A stretch of DNA of 63,773 bases, filler included, from Bigelowiella natans CCMP2755 (GCA_000320545.1; 9 parts of 9 records of this genome joined end to end with filler, not necessarily neighbours in it); one strand, 5' to 3'. Positions 13,075-26,060 are shown, numbered from the whole stretch's first letter. The notes: generated by a model from the sequence alone, not told the origin. Translations and numbers: made by a program.

Positions 13075-14485
13075 CTTTAACATACGCTTCTGGGCAGATA
13101 GCTTGCTTGAGGGCTCCTAGCAGCGTGGAGTCTTGGAACCCCCCCCCAGGAAGTACCTGCAGTCCAGCGGGCTTATCGACAACGATCAAGTCTGCATCTA
13201 TACGGAGAGAGAGAGAGCGAGAGAGAGAGAGAGAGAAGAGAGAGAGAGAAATGAGGCGTACGAAGTGGGAGGTTGGAGGGAGGAGAGATATTGAAGGGGG
13301 GGGGGGGATAGAAAAAAACAACAGGAAAAGAGGGAAAACTGTGAGAAAGATATTATATATATTATATATATATATTTATATAGCCGTAATAACGAGAAAC
13401 CTTGATATATTATCTTGATATCGCTCAGAGGAGGGGCGGGTGGCTCACGCCATGGGGGCTTATGGTAGGCAACTCTATCTCCAGGTCTAATATCATGAAT
13501 GCAGCATGATATCAGCAAATGCGAAGTGGGAGAATGGGGGCGAAGCAATGCGGTAACTATCTTTTAGCGGTTTCAATCCTATACTGCACGGCTATTGGAA
13601 GCTTTGCTATTTTCCTCCCCATCACAGCGCATGTTTGCACAAGCATACCAACCGGAGAATCTTATCGGCCGGACAGGTCGTTGATTGCGATTGTTCTTGG
13701 AGCTTAGTCTCGCCGGCGGAAACGGATATGCTCGATTTCCTGCTTGAATTCATAAATCAGCCGATCAATCTATGGAGGCAAGTACTCTCTCGTGTGAGTC
13801 CCAGAACCATCCTCATCAGCATGCACACGTTGAGGCAGCCATCGTTTTGAGGGAAGAGTTGGCGATAGTGATAGGAGAGCGACAGCAGCACCACGACAAC
13901 GAAGAAAACATGAAATAAGGAGGAGGAGGAGGAGGAGGAGGAGGAGGAGGAGGATGAGGAGCATAGGTCACCTTCGAATTACTCGTCGTCTCTTGCCTAA
14001 GAACTTAATCCTCCCATGGTGGAAATGCCTCAACCACTGGTCTCTTGAGAGATACGTGTATCTTTTCCCCCCAATAGCAGCATAGTCAGAAGAAAGGGGG
14101 GGGGGGGGGGGGCATATTATTAGCAGAGGATGTCATTCAAGTTTTACGTAAATTCCTAACAAATAACATAGCCTAGAAACCGGTTTTATGGATAACACTC
14201 TTCGCTATCGCCTCTCTCTCTCCCTCCCTCCCCCGAGCATTGGAAAGTTAACATCCCTGTCTTTTTCGATCTAATCTGCTGATCACTAGTATTCCTCGCT
14301 CATACTTTTGAGAATAGAAATCTAAAGCAGTTTTCTTTCCACGCGACGCAGTATCGGTGTAAATATAGCCCCTAGAATTGGACGAGGGTCAAGAATTTTC
14401 AGGCATTCTAAGCGCTGCGATCTATCTTTCTGCCGCACCGATTCATCTTGCCTTCGCTTGGAATATTTGCAGGCCGACGAGCCAT
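10393..14485 (-). CDS. RluA/RluD-family RNA pseudouridine synthase-like protein (HRLG variant), multi-exon
   Basis: Exons encode YHKPPWREP, DADLIVVDKPAGLQVLPGGGFQDSTLL (motif I), PVHRLGRGTSGLLLCAK (motif II), IKTGRPHQ/IRIHSAFAGHPLVADP (motif III) and GYWLHSREISFPHPSTGK. Last exon IVKFCSSPPEVLR*. The ATG at 14485 is tentative and an upstream targeting exon is possible. Confidence 0.9.
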
Positions 14486-14542
14486 GGGGTGGTCAAGAAG
14501 ATAGAGAAGCTGCTTAGCTTCTTTTGGTGCTGAGTGTGTGTG

Positions 14543-14586
<44 letters not shown>

Positions 14587-15232
14587 TATCAAGCAAAGGA
14601 CATTCGTAAGCATGGCCAGATCAACAGCTCGAAAATGCCGATAGAATCCACGAGCGAATTACTTGAGTCATGTTTTCGAACGGAGGCGATTCTAGATAGA
14701 ACGGCACGCAACGCCACTAGTGAAGCTCCAACCCGTACGAGTAGGTTGAGCACGTCTTCCATCGCCCAGTTTCACATCATTGCGACCTATTGTCAATTAC
14801 ACAGTAGCCGTTGTGATTCCTCGAAGCACCAGTGTACGATCAATGAGAAATTGTACGATTTTTAACGCAACATCCCCACCACCACCACAATCATCATCAT
14901 CATCATCATCGTTACACCACCACCAGAGGACTGAGCAGTTGATCGCACCCTTCTCTCCAGCTCTGTTTCCGAGAAAATAAGGTAGAGGTTTCCTACCTAC
15001 GACATGCATTTTCGGTGTCGCACACTTTGGAACGCACAGGATTTATCCCTGGAAATAAAAAGCAAACACCTTACCGCCAAAGAAATCCCTCCTGCCTTTT
15101 TCAGGGGAAACATGGGAAACATCCTTGTCGTAATGAGGAAATAGAGTGTAATAGGAGAATTCGCCCTTTCTAGCCGACTCCCCTCCCCTCGGTCCGTGTA
15201 CTGATCTCACACTCTGCAGATAAAGCACAAAT

Positions 15233-16240
15233 ATGCAACACAACCAAAGGGGAACCGAAATGGAAGTAGAGGAGTCTGAAACCTCGACGTTTGGTCGCAT
15301 GGCAGGTCAAAGCCTCAAAAACAATGTTAATTTCTTCGATTCAAAGGCAAAATGCAAGTCTCTACACAATCTTGCTGAGACCCCTCCCAAGGCTGTTACA
15401 ACGGTTTCAAGGACTCAATGCAGCCAAGACATACAACATCGTCTTCTTGATTCGGCGGCTGGCCTGAAAATCCTCTGTGACCCCTTCGTTCATTCCGATC
15501 AGCTTCTGCAGCTGGCGTTCGAATCGTCGTGTGATTTCGTCCGTGAGTATGGAAAGCAGTGGTTTTCTCAGAACAAAGAACCCGTAGTTCTGAACATCCT
15601 GCAAGGGGGGCGCTATTACGCACTGGATCGTGCAATCAACTCCGTCTACGGGAAAACTCCCACCACAGTTTCGCTGTGCGCCAAGAGAAAGTACAGCCCT
15701 GCCGAGGGGAAGTGGAAAGTTAACATATTTAACGAGGACCTCAAGAAGCTGGAGGCCATGTCTGAGAGTGTGTCGTCCATCGTGATAGGAGACACGATTG
15801 CTACTGGCACAACTTTGAAGGGAGTGATTGACCATGTACTACGACTGGGGATCGTGGGTTCTGAGACCAAAATCATCGTCTATTCAATTGCCGGCACCTT
15901 TGACCGCCTCCAATGGCTAGACGACTACCCAAACGTCAGCGTTGTCGTATCGAACGTAGATTTACACCTCCATGACAACGGGACTGATTTGCAGTTTGGA
16001 GGAAAAGCAAGGTTTACGAAAAAGGCTAGGGAATATGTCGACGACGTGCTTGGCAGGGAATTCAGCGAGAACCACGTAAAGTGTGCTATCTTTGACTGGG
16101 GGGACCGATTTCGAAACCCGAAAGAGCACCTGGAAGAAGTCCTGGAATACTACGAATCGTTGAGTAATACCACTAGCCTGCCATCATATTTTCAGGAACT
16201 TTTGCAGAAATATTCCCGCTCACTACAGTCGCACAGCTAG
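15233..16240 (+). CDS. Intronless type I phosphoribosyltransferase, uracil-PRT-like
   Basis: 335-aa uninterrupted ORF with PRPP-binding loop SIVIGDTIATGTTL, N-terminal VVLNILQGG and C-terminal AIFDWGDRF (compare UPRT GDAGDR). Confidence 0.8.
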   Translation: MQHNQRGTEMEVEESETSTFGRMAGQSLKNNVNFFDSKAKCKSLHNLAETPPKAVTTVSRTQCSQDIQHRLLDSAAGLKILCDPFVHSDQLLQLAFESSCDFVREYGKQWFSQNKEPVVLNILQGGRYYALDRAINSVYGKTPTTVSLCAKRKYSPAEGKWKVNIFNEDLKKLEAMSESVSSIVIGDTIATGTTLKGVIDHVLRLGIVGSETKIIVYSIAGTFDRLQWLDDYPNVSVVVSNVDLHLHDNGTDLQFGGKARFTKKAREYVDDVLGREFSENHVKCAIFDWGDRFRNPKEHLEEVLEYYESLSNTTSLPSYFQELLQKYSRSLQSHS

Positions 16241-16299
16241 TCTCCCCAGAAGCACGTGCAATGAAGAAATAAGTTTTAGTGTCACGCTCTCGGGTCCAG

Positions 16300-16800
16300 G
16301 ACTGACCGACTAGCGCAGCATCAAGCTCTGCAAAGAAAAAAAAATGTCATTCGTGTAGCTTGCACAGGCTTGCTAGCTTGTAGGCGACGACAATGCTAAA
16401 TGCACATGTAAACTAAAATGTCTGCTTGGTCTTCACATCAATGATCACATCTGCACATTCAGCATCCAACGCGTTGTGATCATGCATAACACTATATAAA
16501 ATAGCGACGTGCCATGCAAGAGCAAGAGCACTCGAAACCATGCATGTATGAACGAGTGATCTAGTGTTGCTCGGTCGTAGATAGCGGTGTCCATGGACGT
16601 CCAACGCGTCTACTAGTCTAGGCGTGCACGCTTGCATCTATACATAATGCATGCCGCATCGTATGCTTCGACTCTCTCATGTGGCTAGCTAGCTAGATCT
16701 AGAGATGACTGCACACAAATTCAATGCAATAAGCGAAGCAAAACAATTTGCAAAATTTCATTCTATCATTAAAGAATCTAGAGAATGCATGGCCAAATTG
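16300..16800. other. CTAG/CATG/TGCA-rich intergenic island 3 (weaker TpA depletion)
   Basis: GCTAGCTAGCTAGATCTAGAG near 16684-16704 and many CATG/TGCA. Some TATA/TAA remain. Confidence 0.55.
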
Positions 16801-17230
16801 GAATTGGAAAGCAAATCACTTGAAGATTCTGATGAAATTGGGTTAGTATGGGTCATTGGATGATGCGCATCAAAACCAAGTGGGGACCTATACCCACAAG
16901 AGTCTCGTGGGAACTCCAAACCGAAACGGAACTCGAGACCGAGAAAGCTTTCCACGTTCAAGTTGCCGAGAGTCGAGAGACAGACACTTAAGATGGGAAC
17001 TTGATGCCAACTCCAAACTAGCAAAGTTGAACGCATTTCTGTGGAGCAATTCGATCACTTGTGCAGGGTTGCGCGATTTGGGGGCTGCGTGTGCCCTTCG
17101 ATTGGTGTCGAGATTTCAACTGCTCAGGTCACTTTGCTCAAGACCAAGACAGCCATCACGCAATCAATTGGAACGGAGACAAAGGCTTGCCAGAGAAATA
17201 ACGAAAACAGAGTGATGCTGAAAAAGAAAC

Positions 17231-19170
17231 TCAACTTCTTGGGAGAGTCCACTTCGGATCCCACCATTCTGGGCGAGAAAGTTGTGACGTAGTTGAGGGC
17301 AAGCGGGAACTTGTTGGATGGAGACACTGCTTGAGTTCTCTGAGCGCCTCCAGGTACTTGTCCATCCTACAGTGCACATTTCCGATGCTGCGGTAGCTAC
17401 CAGTCACATCTGGATGGGGCTTCTCTGAGCCGTACACCCTCAACCTCATAATAAGAGCCTTTTTGTGTTCACTGAGAGCCTCTGGGTACTTGCCCATCCT
17501 ATTGTACAGTGATCGGATCGTGCAGAATGAAGACATGAAACACACATACACCAAAGAGAGAAAGAAAGGAGTGGAAGAGAGAGAGAGGAAGAAAAAGGAG
17601 AAATAGAAAGAAAATGAAAGCAGAGAACGAAAGGAAGAAAAACGAGAGAAGTAGAAAGCAGAAAAAGTCCTTACCTAGAATATAGCTGCTGACCCAAAAT
17701 ATAGCTGCTGGCCCTCATTGTCATATCGCATTCTCCAGGCCAAGGCCGTCGCCACTGCAGACTTTCCTGTGTTTTCCCCACCAACTATTTGCACCCACTG
17801 TTTTCCAAATCGCTTTTCTAATACAGCACGCTCGTTCTCAATTGAAGAACGATAGTTTTGAACGATATTCTTGTACTGCTTCCGGACCAGGTCGTGTGAA
17901 AAGTAAGGCCCGGATCCATCCCATTTTGGATTGAGCGTGGCGCTCTAGTCTCTTGAAATCGTACTTGGCGTTGTGGATTTTCTCGTTGTCGCTGACATCG
18001 GGCAAAATCTTGCATTTGCATAATTCGTTCTCTAGTGTACAGACCCATCCGATTAATCGTTTGATCTCATTTTTTTGCTCTTGCTCCAGACCAGTCTTCT
18101 CCAATGAATACAAAGCAAAAAGCTCATCGTCCACCCCTTTTCCAAACGGCACCTTTTGTTCCCGTATCATCTTCGACATTTCTTCCAGCTTGGAAGACTG
18201 CGAGTAGGAGAGATGGCTCTCAAGAATGGAGCGCCTATTAACGGTCTCCCGGGGTATTCCTTTTGCCTGCACAAGGCGTTGGGAGCAGTCTACCCTCGTG
18301 ACGAACGTCGGTAAAATGCCTTGGCAATGATCGGAGGAACATCGTCGTGATGCTCGTCCTCTTTCCGACAGACAACCACGTGGTTGACCAAACCATCTGC
18401 GATGAGCTTCTCGCCTACTATTTCGCTGTGACACGCAGCAGCTAGAAAGACGACCTTGGGTCTGTTCTCCGGGAGTGTGATGTCTCGGAGCATGTTCCGA
18501 AGGGATTCTCCATTTAAGTGTGTTTTGGCATCATCACTGCTCGACAGGTCGCTTTCGATGCATAGCCCCTTCTCAGGATCAACGTGCCCAGCGTAGTGGA
18601 AACAGAAACAACCTGAACCGGTAGCGCTTGGTACATGCTCCATGCCCGCGCGCGCACGCCATCTCGCGAGCGAGAAATTGGGGTGAACACTGATTAAGTT
18701 CTGCATGATCTCGTAGCCTGTTTCCAGATCAAGTTTGTCGGAGTCTTTTGACAAAGAGGCTAAGAACGTAATGTGGGCCTTGTTTTCGAGCATTTTATTA
18801 AGTGTTGCGACGAGAGTGAGCATTTGTTTCCGTGGCCCCATCTTGCCTTCAGCCATCACCTTTACTTTGTCCTTATCCAATCCCAACAGATCCTTACCTG
18901 TGAGGTCGTAATTCTCTATCATCTGTGGATGCAGAAACATTAGTTAAATTTCAGTATCATCACCGATGACGTATTGGAATATTTATGTGCAATGAAAACT
19001 TGCGTGATTACAACATACCGAGATCTTGGTTTTTTTTCATTTTTTTTTTAAATTTGGTTCTTAAATTGGAGAGGGGGGGAGAGGGTGGAGGAGAGATACG
19101 GGTCTATGTTTGAACCTGAACGATTCTTGGCCTCGTTCTGAGTCGATCGGCATAATTCGCTTGGAGCCAT
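17231..19170 (-). pseudogene. Disrupted SAM + CHAT (caspase-fold protease) + P-loop NTPase + TPR gene (STAND/NLR-like architecture)
   Basis: SAM-like YDLTGKDLLGLDKDKVKVMAEGKMGPRKQML. CHAT dyad FHYAGH (~18584-18602) and VVFLAACHSE (~18420-18455), then AKAFYR. Walker A VQIVGGENTGKSAVATALA at 17759-17782 lies in a frame absent from the ORF list. TPR_12-type repeats LYNRMGKYPEALSEHKKALIMRLRVYGSEKPHPDVTGSYRSIGNVHCRMDKY. Frame changes near 18270-18300 and ~17920, and a stop soon after Walker A. Confidence 0.8.
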
Positions 19171-19353
19171 TTCACTACATCCTCACTAGAGAAATCCTCG
19201 AATTGTTCCCTGGTCGGGGCATTGCAGTTCATCTGTAGGATAATATCAATATCCTGCCTCCTCAGAGCAAAACAAAAGGCTCTGGCTTTAGTCTTTCCCT
19301 CTCCCTCCCTCCGCTCCCTCTTCCCTCCATCTCGATCCGCTCAGTCGCGCTCA

Positions 19354-19461
<108 letters not shown>

Positions 19462-19789
19462 GCTCGCTCGCTCGCTCAGCTCTCTCAGTGTCGTGGTGAC
19501 CGTCATCTCCAGATCTCGTCGCGAGAGCGGCATCAAGGTGGTGGTGCAAGCGCAGGGGCCAGGGCTCTCCTCTCCGACCGAATTTTTTTTTTTTAATCAT
19601 TAATTTTATCAGACGTATCTTTGAAGCGTTGTCGCATATTGAATTTCCATTGCGCTAATAACCCTAAGACATCATCGTATCTGATATTCCTCTCATTATT
19701 CCCCTGCTGCGACTTGGAATCGAAGGAGAAGACGAAGTGCCGACCGACTATCGTGACGTCTTTCCCCCCCCTTCCCCCCTGTCGTGTCA

Positions 19790-21145
19790 CATGTCAACCA
19801 ACGACGCGTGGGTGAATCTCGAGGACCAGGACTTCTGGGAGGACGGAGCGGACATCGTAAGTTCTAGGAAGATGGACTCGGGCGCGCATGTCCTCCGCTC
19901 TCGAAGCATCATTTGTTCAGTTTCTCCTCTCCTCAGGCGGGCCTTCTGGACGACGTTGAACTTGAAAGGCTTGCTGCGGAAGAAAAGGAAAGAGAGGTAT
20001 ATGCTTTCTACTACCTAGCCCTAGACCCTTCGCATTTTCCCAGTTATTCTGCTATTGGAGCGTGGAGTGTTACAAAGAAGATATTCCAGCCGACGATGCT
20101 GCTCGCAGCGCATAAATACGCCTTTTGATCTTTAACGATGCAGGAAAGAGAAGAAAGTCGCGACGACGATACGAATAGTATTGATGGAGGGAGAAGCCAA
20201 GGGGAAAGAAGTTATCTTTTTGGGAAAAGGTACCGCTAATTAGTTGGAGGAGGAGGAGGAGGAGGAGGAGGAGGAGGGAAAGGATGCGGAAAATAGGAAT
20301 TTATATCCTTATCATCGTGGGGACATTACTTCATCCAGTAGTAGTGCATACGTTCGCGCGTGCTAGTGTGAATTTTCACATGAGGCCGTCGCTGTGCTTT
20401 TATCGGCAATATTGACCCAATCAATCGCCATGAAATTAGGGAAATTCACTGATCTTAACACACGGTTGTTCTCGTGTGTGCTGTAGGAAGAAACAAGAGA
20501 AAGATGGCAAACACGTAAATCCTTTAGATCCTGAATTCGAGGCAGATGACGATGGCTCTGTTGGCAATGGTGAATCACTAGCCTGAAAGAACCGGGGGGA
20601 GGGGGGGGGGTGGGGGGCGCACCGACTGCGAGGTGAGATACAACAACACAGGGTAAAATAAAATCACGTAAGAGGGAGACAGCTTGTACTCTGCTGGAGT
20701 TTTTGATATCTCCCCTCCCCCCTCCCCCCCTTCCCCGCTTCTTCAAAAGGATACTATTCCCCGACTCATGGTGCTCGCGATCATCATCGTCATCATAATC
20801 AAGGCGATGGCTACAGTAGCATCGAAGTAAGCTATTCTTCCCGCCTCCCTCCCCCCCCTCCCCCTCTTCTGCTATTCCGCTCCTTGCTTTGCAGTGAGGT
20901 GGCAGTGGTGATAATGCAGGAAAGCGAACACGATCTCCAGCAGTCTCTTCCGCACCGCTATCGGACTGCTGCCTCCCTCATATTTATTCCTCCATGCATG
21001 CGGATTTTTAGAGCACGGTGTGAGCGCATTCTATAGCCGTTTTGCTATGGGGGCGGCGAGACCAAGCCATTTTAATTTTTCCACTGCAAAAGAACCCTCC
21101 GCAAGCACGCCTGATTCAGATTCTCAATAATATACCAAGATATAT

Positions 21146-21185
<40 letters not shown>

Positions 21186-21520
21186 ATACAATATTATCAG
21201 ATCGGCGGCCACGACATGCGAGATGTACTCATTCCCAACTACAATGATAACAACGGTGACGACGAAGGTTTCGCGTCATCGATCCTTTCACATACGCTGA
21301 AGTCGAGATGGGGTGATGATTCGGAGTAGAGAGGGCAGGGGGGGGGGGGAGGGGAGAGAAGGAAGAAGAGGGAAACTTGCGCAGCAGCAGCAGAAGAACT
21401 CCACGCCGTCGTCATCACCATCGTAATCATCCCTCTCTTTATTGAGGCAAGTTATCCAAAACAACATCAGCGGCCACAACGCAGGCATATGTACACATAC
21501 ACACACACACACATGCATGC

Positions 21521-21559
<39 letters not shown>

Positions 21560-22600
21560 TACACATATGTATATACTTAGGCCGCTTTATAGCTGTGGTG
21601 CTTATTTTTGCAATGGGACTATCAATCACCGGTCTGGGCACAAACTCCTTTGAGGATGAGGAGGAGCACCAGGTGCACGATGGTCGCTCTTATCCCCTTC
21701 TCTCTTTCGTGTGCTCCTAGCACTTCGGTGAAACGCAATGAATTCGTTGTTAGGGGAGGAAGGCAGTGCGACCCTGGCATGGGGATGGGAGACAGCAGCA
21801 GCAAGATAAGCTCATTTGGAACCTCGGGGCATTCGAGGGACGAATGTGCAGGTCCTCTCTCGACGTGAAAAGCCTTTCTCATTGCCCTCATATCGGAGAC
21901 GGACACGGCGGTGCTGTCAAGGTAGAGTCTCTTCGTTTCTTGGAAAAAGGGGAAGGAAAGGGGGAGGGGAGGGGGGGTGGGGGGGGGGTTAAGATTGACC
22001 CGACATTGTCACTGTTAGTGATACTGACGGCATGATTATCTGCAACCTTATTAGCATCATTATCATCATTATCATCATCATCATCATCATCATAATCTCT
22101 ATACTCTCATCGTATGCGCTCCTCGCCGTAATCGTCCTATATCTCCTCCCCCCCCTCTCTTTCGCAGACGCTCGAAGGCAATACGTGCATTTACCCCGAT
22201 GTGGATCAGCTCACGTGCCAGAATGTAAGCTCAACCCAAACACTGGGCCCTGATGGCGATTTGTCGCATTGTACGCATTGTAGGGGGGGGGGGGGAGGTT
22301 GGCCGGAACAAGCTCTCAAACGGCGATTGGCCAATTAAGCAAGATATCATTGCCGTTCGGCCTGGCCCCTTGGATGTGATGATGACGAAAAGCGCAGAGG
22401 AAGAGAGGGGAGTAGGGACAGAGGGAGGCAAGGAGGGAGGGGGCGGGGGGCGTGGACATATGCAGCTTCATCATGCTGATGCGTTGTACAGCTCTCTCTC
22501 TATACCACGTAGCAGCCGCTATCCTAGAGCTGTCGCTTTATCGCCTCGTCGCCTTGTCCTCAACCATGCTAAATGAGGCGATGTGTGCGGACCAATTGTA

Positions 22601-22641
<41 letters not shown>

Positions 22642-22897
22642 AATATATATGTAAATATATCGTTTCAGGCTTGCGAGGCAGCGGCTGCGACTTGTGGAGG
22701 GTACGATGTGTGATCTAGTGTATCTAGTTTGTGATGATGGCGCTGCTTTGTGGTGATGCTGCTGCTGCTGTTACGACAACCGACTATTCCCCCTGCTTTT
22801 CAATTATTGCTGGTTACTTTTATAACTTGTCAATATTATAACCATCACCTGCTCCAACGTTTGCCTCCTAATAGTTGAGTAGCACACAGCGTCCTCG

Positions 22898-22941
<44 letters not shown>

Positions 22942-23966
22942 TCTCACTTGAAATCCACACAAATCAGCTATTCCTACCGGAAAGAGGCTGCTGCTACCAC
23001 TACTTCTACCAACAGCGGCCATCGAAGCAAAAGCAGCGTCATTCCCTTTTGCGCGTTGGATACGGATGGAAGCTGTGCGTCGCCGGGGGGCCGGATATCA
23101 CGTACGACTGAATGTATTTGAAACGCCGGCGCCTTCGATCGCATCTGTTGTTTTTCGAATCACTGCATTTGTGGGCGGATTAGCCTTCCTAGCAAAAATA
23201 AATTTAGTACTTCCTATAACTATATTATAAAAAAAAAAAATATATATATATATATATATGTTGATATGACGTTTTTACATCATGTTTTTGATACAAACAC
23301 CTCACATGCATTTGATGCTGCAGAGGAGGACCTTGCGGGAGAGGGGGGGCAGGATTCGTCCAGGAGGCAACTGGAGAGACGAGAGTTTATTCAAACCTTA
23401 TCGATCGAGCAATACGTCACGTATATGAAGCCAGGTGAGAGTTTTATTACTTCTTGCTTCTCACCCCCCTCCCCCATCTCCCCTCGTTATCTTCGCCTCA
23501 ACCTTGAGAGGGTGCCCTGAGCCATTTTGCGCTCGAAACTAATGCTGTTGTGCTTTGCAATGATTCTATATCATGCCTCCCCCCTCCCCCCCCCTTACTA
23601 CCTTCACTTAGACTTTGTGGCCCCAAATCCGACAAACAAACCCACAGCAGCACCGATTGCGAATCCGAGTATGCCTAATGAGCAGGCGAGGGGGGTGGTG
23701 GGGGGGAGAAGGGGGGGGGGGGCATTTAAGTCCTCTATATATTTTCAAGAGGGGTTGTATGGGATTCTTATGTGGAAAAATGGTTGAACATTCTTATGCT
23801 TTCCTTCAGCTCATATCAAAATCGGCGCAGTGGCCTTCGATCCCCCCTCTGGTAAAGAATGTTATTTATTTCCAAAAAAGAATCAACTCAAGAGGCCACT
23901 TAAAGAAACGAATGGAACCAAGCCTTATATCATTATATGCATATGTATATTATACATACATCTTTT

Positions 23967-24006
<40 letters not shown>

Positions 24007-24318
24007 TGCAGCATATGTTTGAGAGAAAGAGATAGGCTAGATGAAGCTCACATTTATCGCCTCATCAAAGGAAGTAACATCACGGAGGGTCAGCGTGTCT
24101 CCCTCTCTGTGGAAGATAACGACAACGATGACGACGATGGGGATTTGAAGATTTGTTGGTCCTTCCAAGAGGAGGGGGTCACCCCGAGTAAGGAGCATTC
24201 ATTCTTATGAATAGATACAACAATGTATATGTATATATATTATCACGCCGAGTAAGGAGCATTCATTCCCATAAATAGTATTTTGAGATTAAATAGACTC
24301 AACAATGTATATGTATAT

Positions 24319-24357
<39 letters not shown>

Positions 24358-24881
24358 ATATATATATATATATATATATATATTGATATATATTCGAATT
24401 GCACCGTCGCTGTGTTCTTCAGGCTGTCCTTGTGAAGAACCGCTTCATTTAACTAGCTCGGTCGTCCTCAAACGCACTCAAAGCCAAGGTGTTTACTTTC
24501 ATGCTGAGGAGATAGCAAAAACGAGAGACCAGCGATGCGTTCTTTCGCTTTTGGTTGTTCAAAAATAAAGCCTGGAAGCCAGTGTCGGCCTCTACTCTGA
24601 TTGAGTTCGTAGAGCAAACTCTCAGCTGAGGGCTTGAACAGCGCTCGCCCTCACTTTGTGCTTCGCCGAATGAAGAACAATGTCGATTCTCGTCGCTTCG
24701 CACAGCCGTTTCGGTGTATCTTCTGGAGAACGGCGTTTGGTGGGAATCACAGGTTGTTTCTCTTGTTGTTCTTTGCTCCTTCCTCTGCAGGTGACCATCG
24801 GTACATCAACGCCATTGCCTGTCGTGGTAAAGATGCAGGGGATCTCTCCATGGCCGTATTTCGAATCACCCGCGGCGGAAG
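19790..24881 (+). CDS. Multi-exon membrane-anchored protein of unknown function (truncated by contig gap)
   Basis: Exon 1 MSTNDAWVNLEDQDFWEDGADI followed by GTAAGT. Hydrophobic exon RFIAVVLIFAMGLSITGLG (21581-). Cys-containing downstream exons TLEGNTCIYPDVDQLTCQN and GCPCEEPLHL. Last seen exon VTIGTSTPLPVVVKMQGISPWPYFESPAAEE. Confidence 0.55.
24184..24318 (+). repeat. Local tandem duplication within an intron
   Basis: CCGAGTAAGGAGCATTCATTC...AACAATGTATATGTATAT occurs twice (starts ~24184 and ~24248). Confidence 0.8.
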
Positions 24882-24984
24882 AGTAAGAGCTGCAACTAGA
24901 GCAGTCTTCTTTCTATCTGTCTACTCCGGAAAATGTCTTCGAAATGTTTGTTTGTTGGGTTTTGTTTGGGAGAAGGGGGGGGGA

Positions 24985-25083
24985 NNNNNNNNNNNNNNNN
25001 NNNNNNNNNNNNNNNNNNNNNNNNNNNNTTAATTAATTAANNNNNNNNNNNNNNNNNNNNNNNNNNNNNNNNNNNNNNNNNNN
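24985..25083. other. Assembly spacer N..TTAATTAATTAA..N (also ~41315, 43823, 45353, 52184, 54593, 59569, 61719)
   Basis: Eight near-identical ~100-nt N blocks with a central six-frame-stop linker. Confidence 0.98.
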
Positions 25084-25393
25084 NGAGGGGGGGGGGGGAA
25101 CGACGAAGAGAAAGGGAAAGGTATGTTTTCACCAAGATATCCTAGTTGATGGTAGATCATCAGGGGAAGATACCCCTTTAGTTTCTTCATTGTTTCCCAT
25201 TCATAATGTTTTCTTCCTATCACCTGCGCATCGCACTGGTGGTCTGCAACGTTTCTGCCCCAACAATTCCTGTGCGAGGGAGTAGCTGCTATAAGTCGTT
25301 CTTCGCGTTTCGCTCGCTAGCCCTTTATGATGCATGTCCTATTCAAACAGTGAAAAACGTTGACAATATGATATGTTTCGGACATATTTGCAG

Positions 25394-25667
25394 GTCAAGA
25401 AGCAGGGAACGTGACAGCCGCCGGAGCCGCCGTGATGGTTCAGTTGATCGGGAAGATCGTCGCGATCGTGATCGCGACAATGAGCGCAGTGGTGACAGCG
25501 AAAAGCGGGATAATCAAGAAAAAGGTGATGATGGCCAAGAAAAGCGCGACGATGGGAATGAGAAGTCTCAGGTGGAGAAAAAGGAGGAAACAACTGCGAC
25601 TACTGGCGATGACAAGAAGGAGCCTGGTGAGGCTGAAGAATCTGGAGAAGCCCGTGGTAAAGAGTAG
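25394..25667 (+). CDS. Terminal exon of an RS/RD-rich protein (splicing-factor-like)
   Basis: Acceptor TTTGCAG then SRSRERDSRRSRRDGSVDREDRRDRDRDNER...ARGKE*. Upstream exons are lost in the gap. Confidence 0.6.
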
Positions 25668-26060
25668 AACAAGGATCAGTCCATCAGCAACCGATTGTTT
25701 ATTAGTTGATCTAGAACATTTAAATGCATTGAAATCACAAGTCGCGTAAACAAGCAATGCTCTATGTTCACTCGACAGATTCTCTTTCTTAAAATATTAT
25801 CACTGTCCATCTCTTTCGATGGCCTACTCATGAGCTAGAGAGGGTGGTGCATGAAAAAATCACTTCGCGAGAATACCTTTCCTGCTTTGAAATGACATCT
25901 CATGACTCGGAATGTACAGCGCCGATGTGTGACAGCCGAGATTGATTTTCATTATATAGCCATTGTGCGTTGCGATACCTACGTGCATGGAAGCAATAAT
26001 CGTCTAGCCACGTACAGTCAAGTGTGCACATTGTTGCATTTTGCATTAGACAGTGGTAAT

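Noticed and set aside
24985-25083. Recurrent TTAATTAATTAA palindrome (8 copies) as a regulatory or mobile-element motif
   Set aside because: Always embedded in N runs. It is an artificial contig linker, so adjacency across it is also unreliable.
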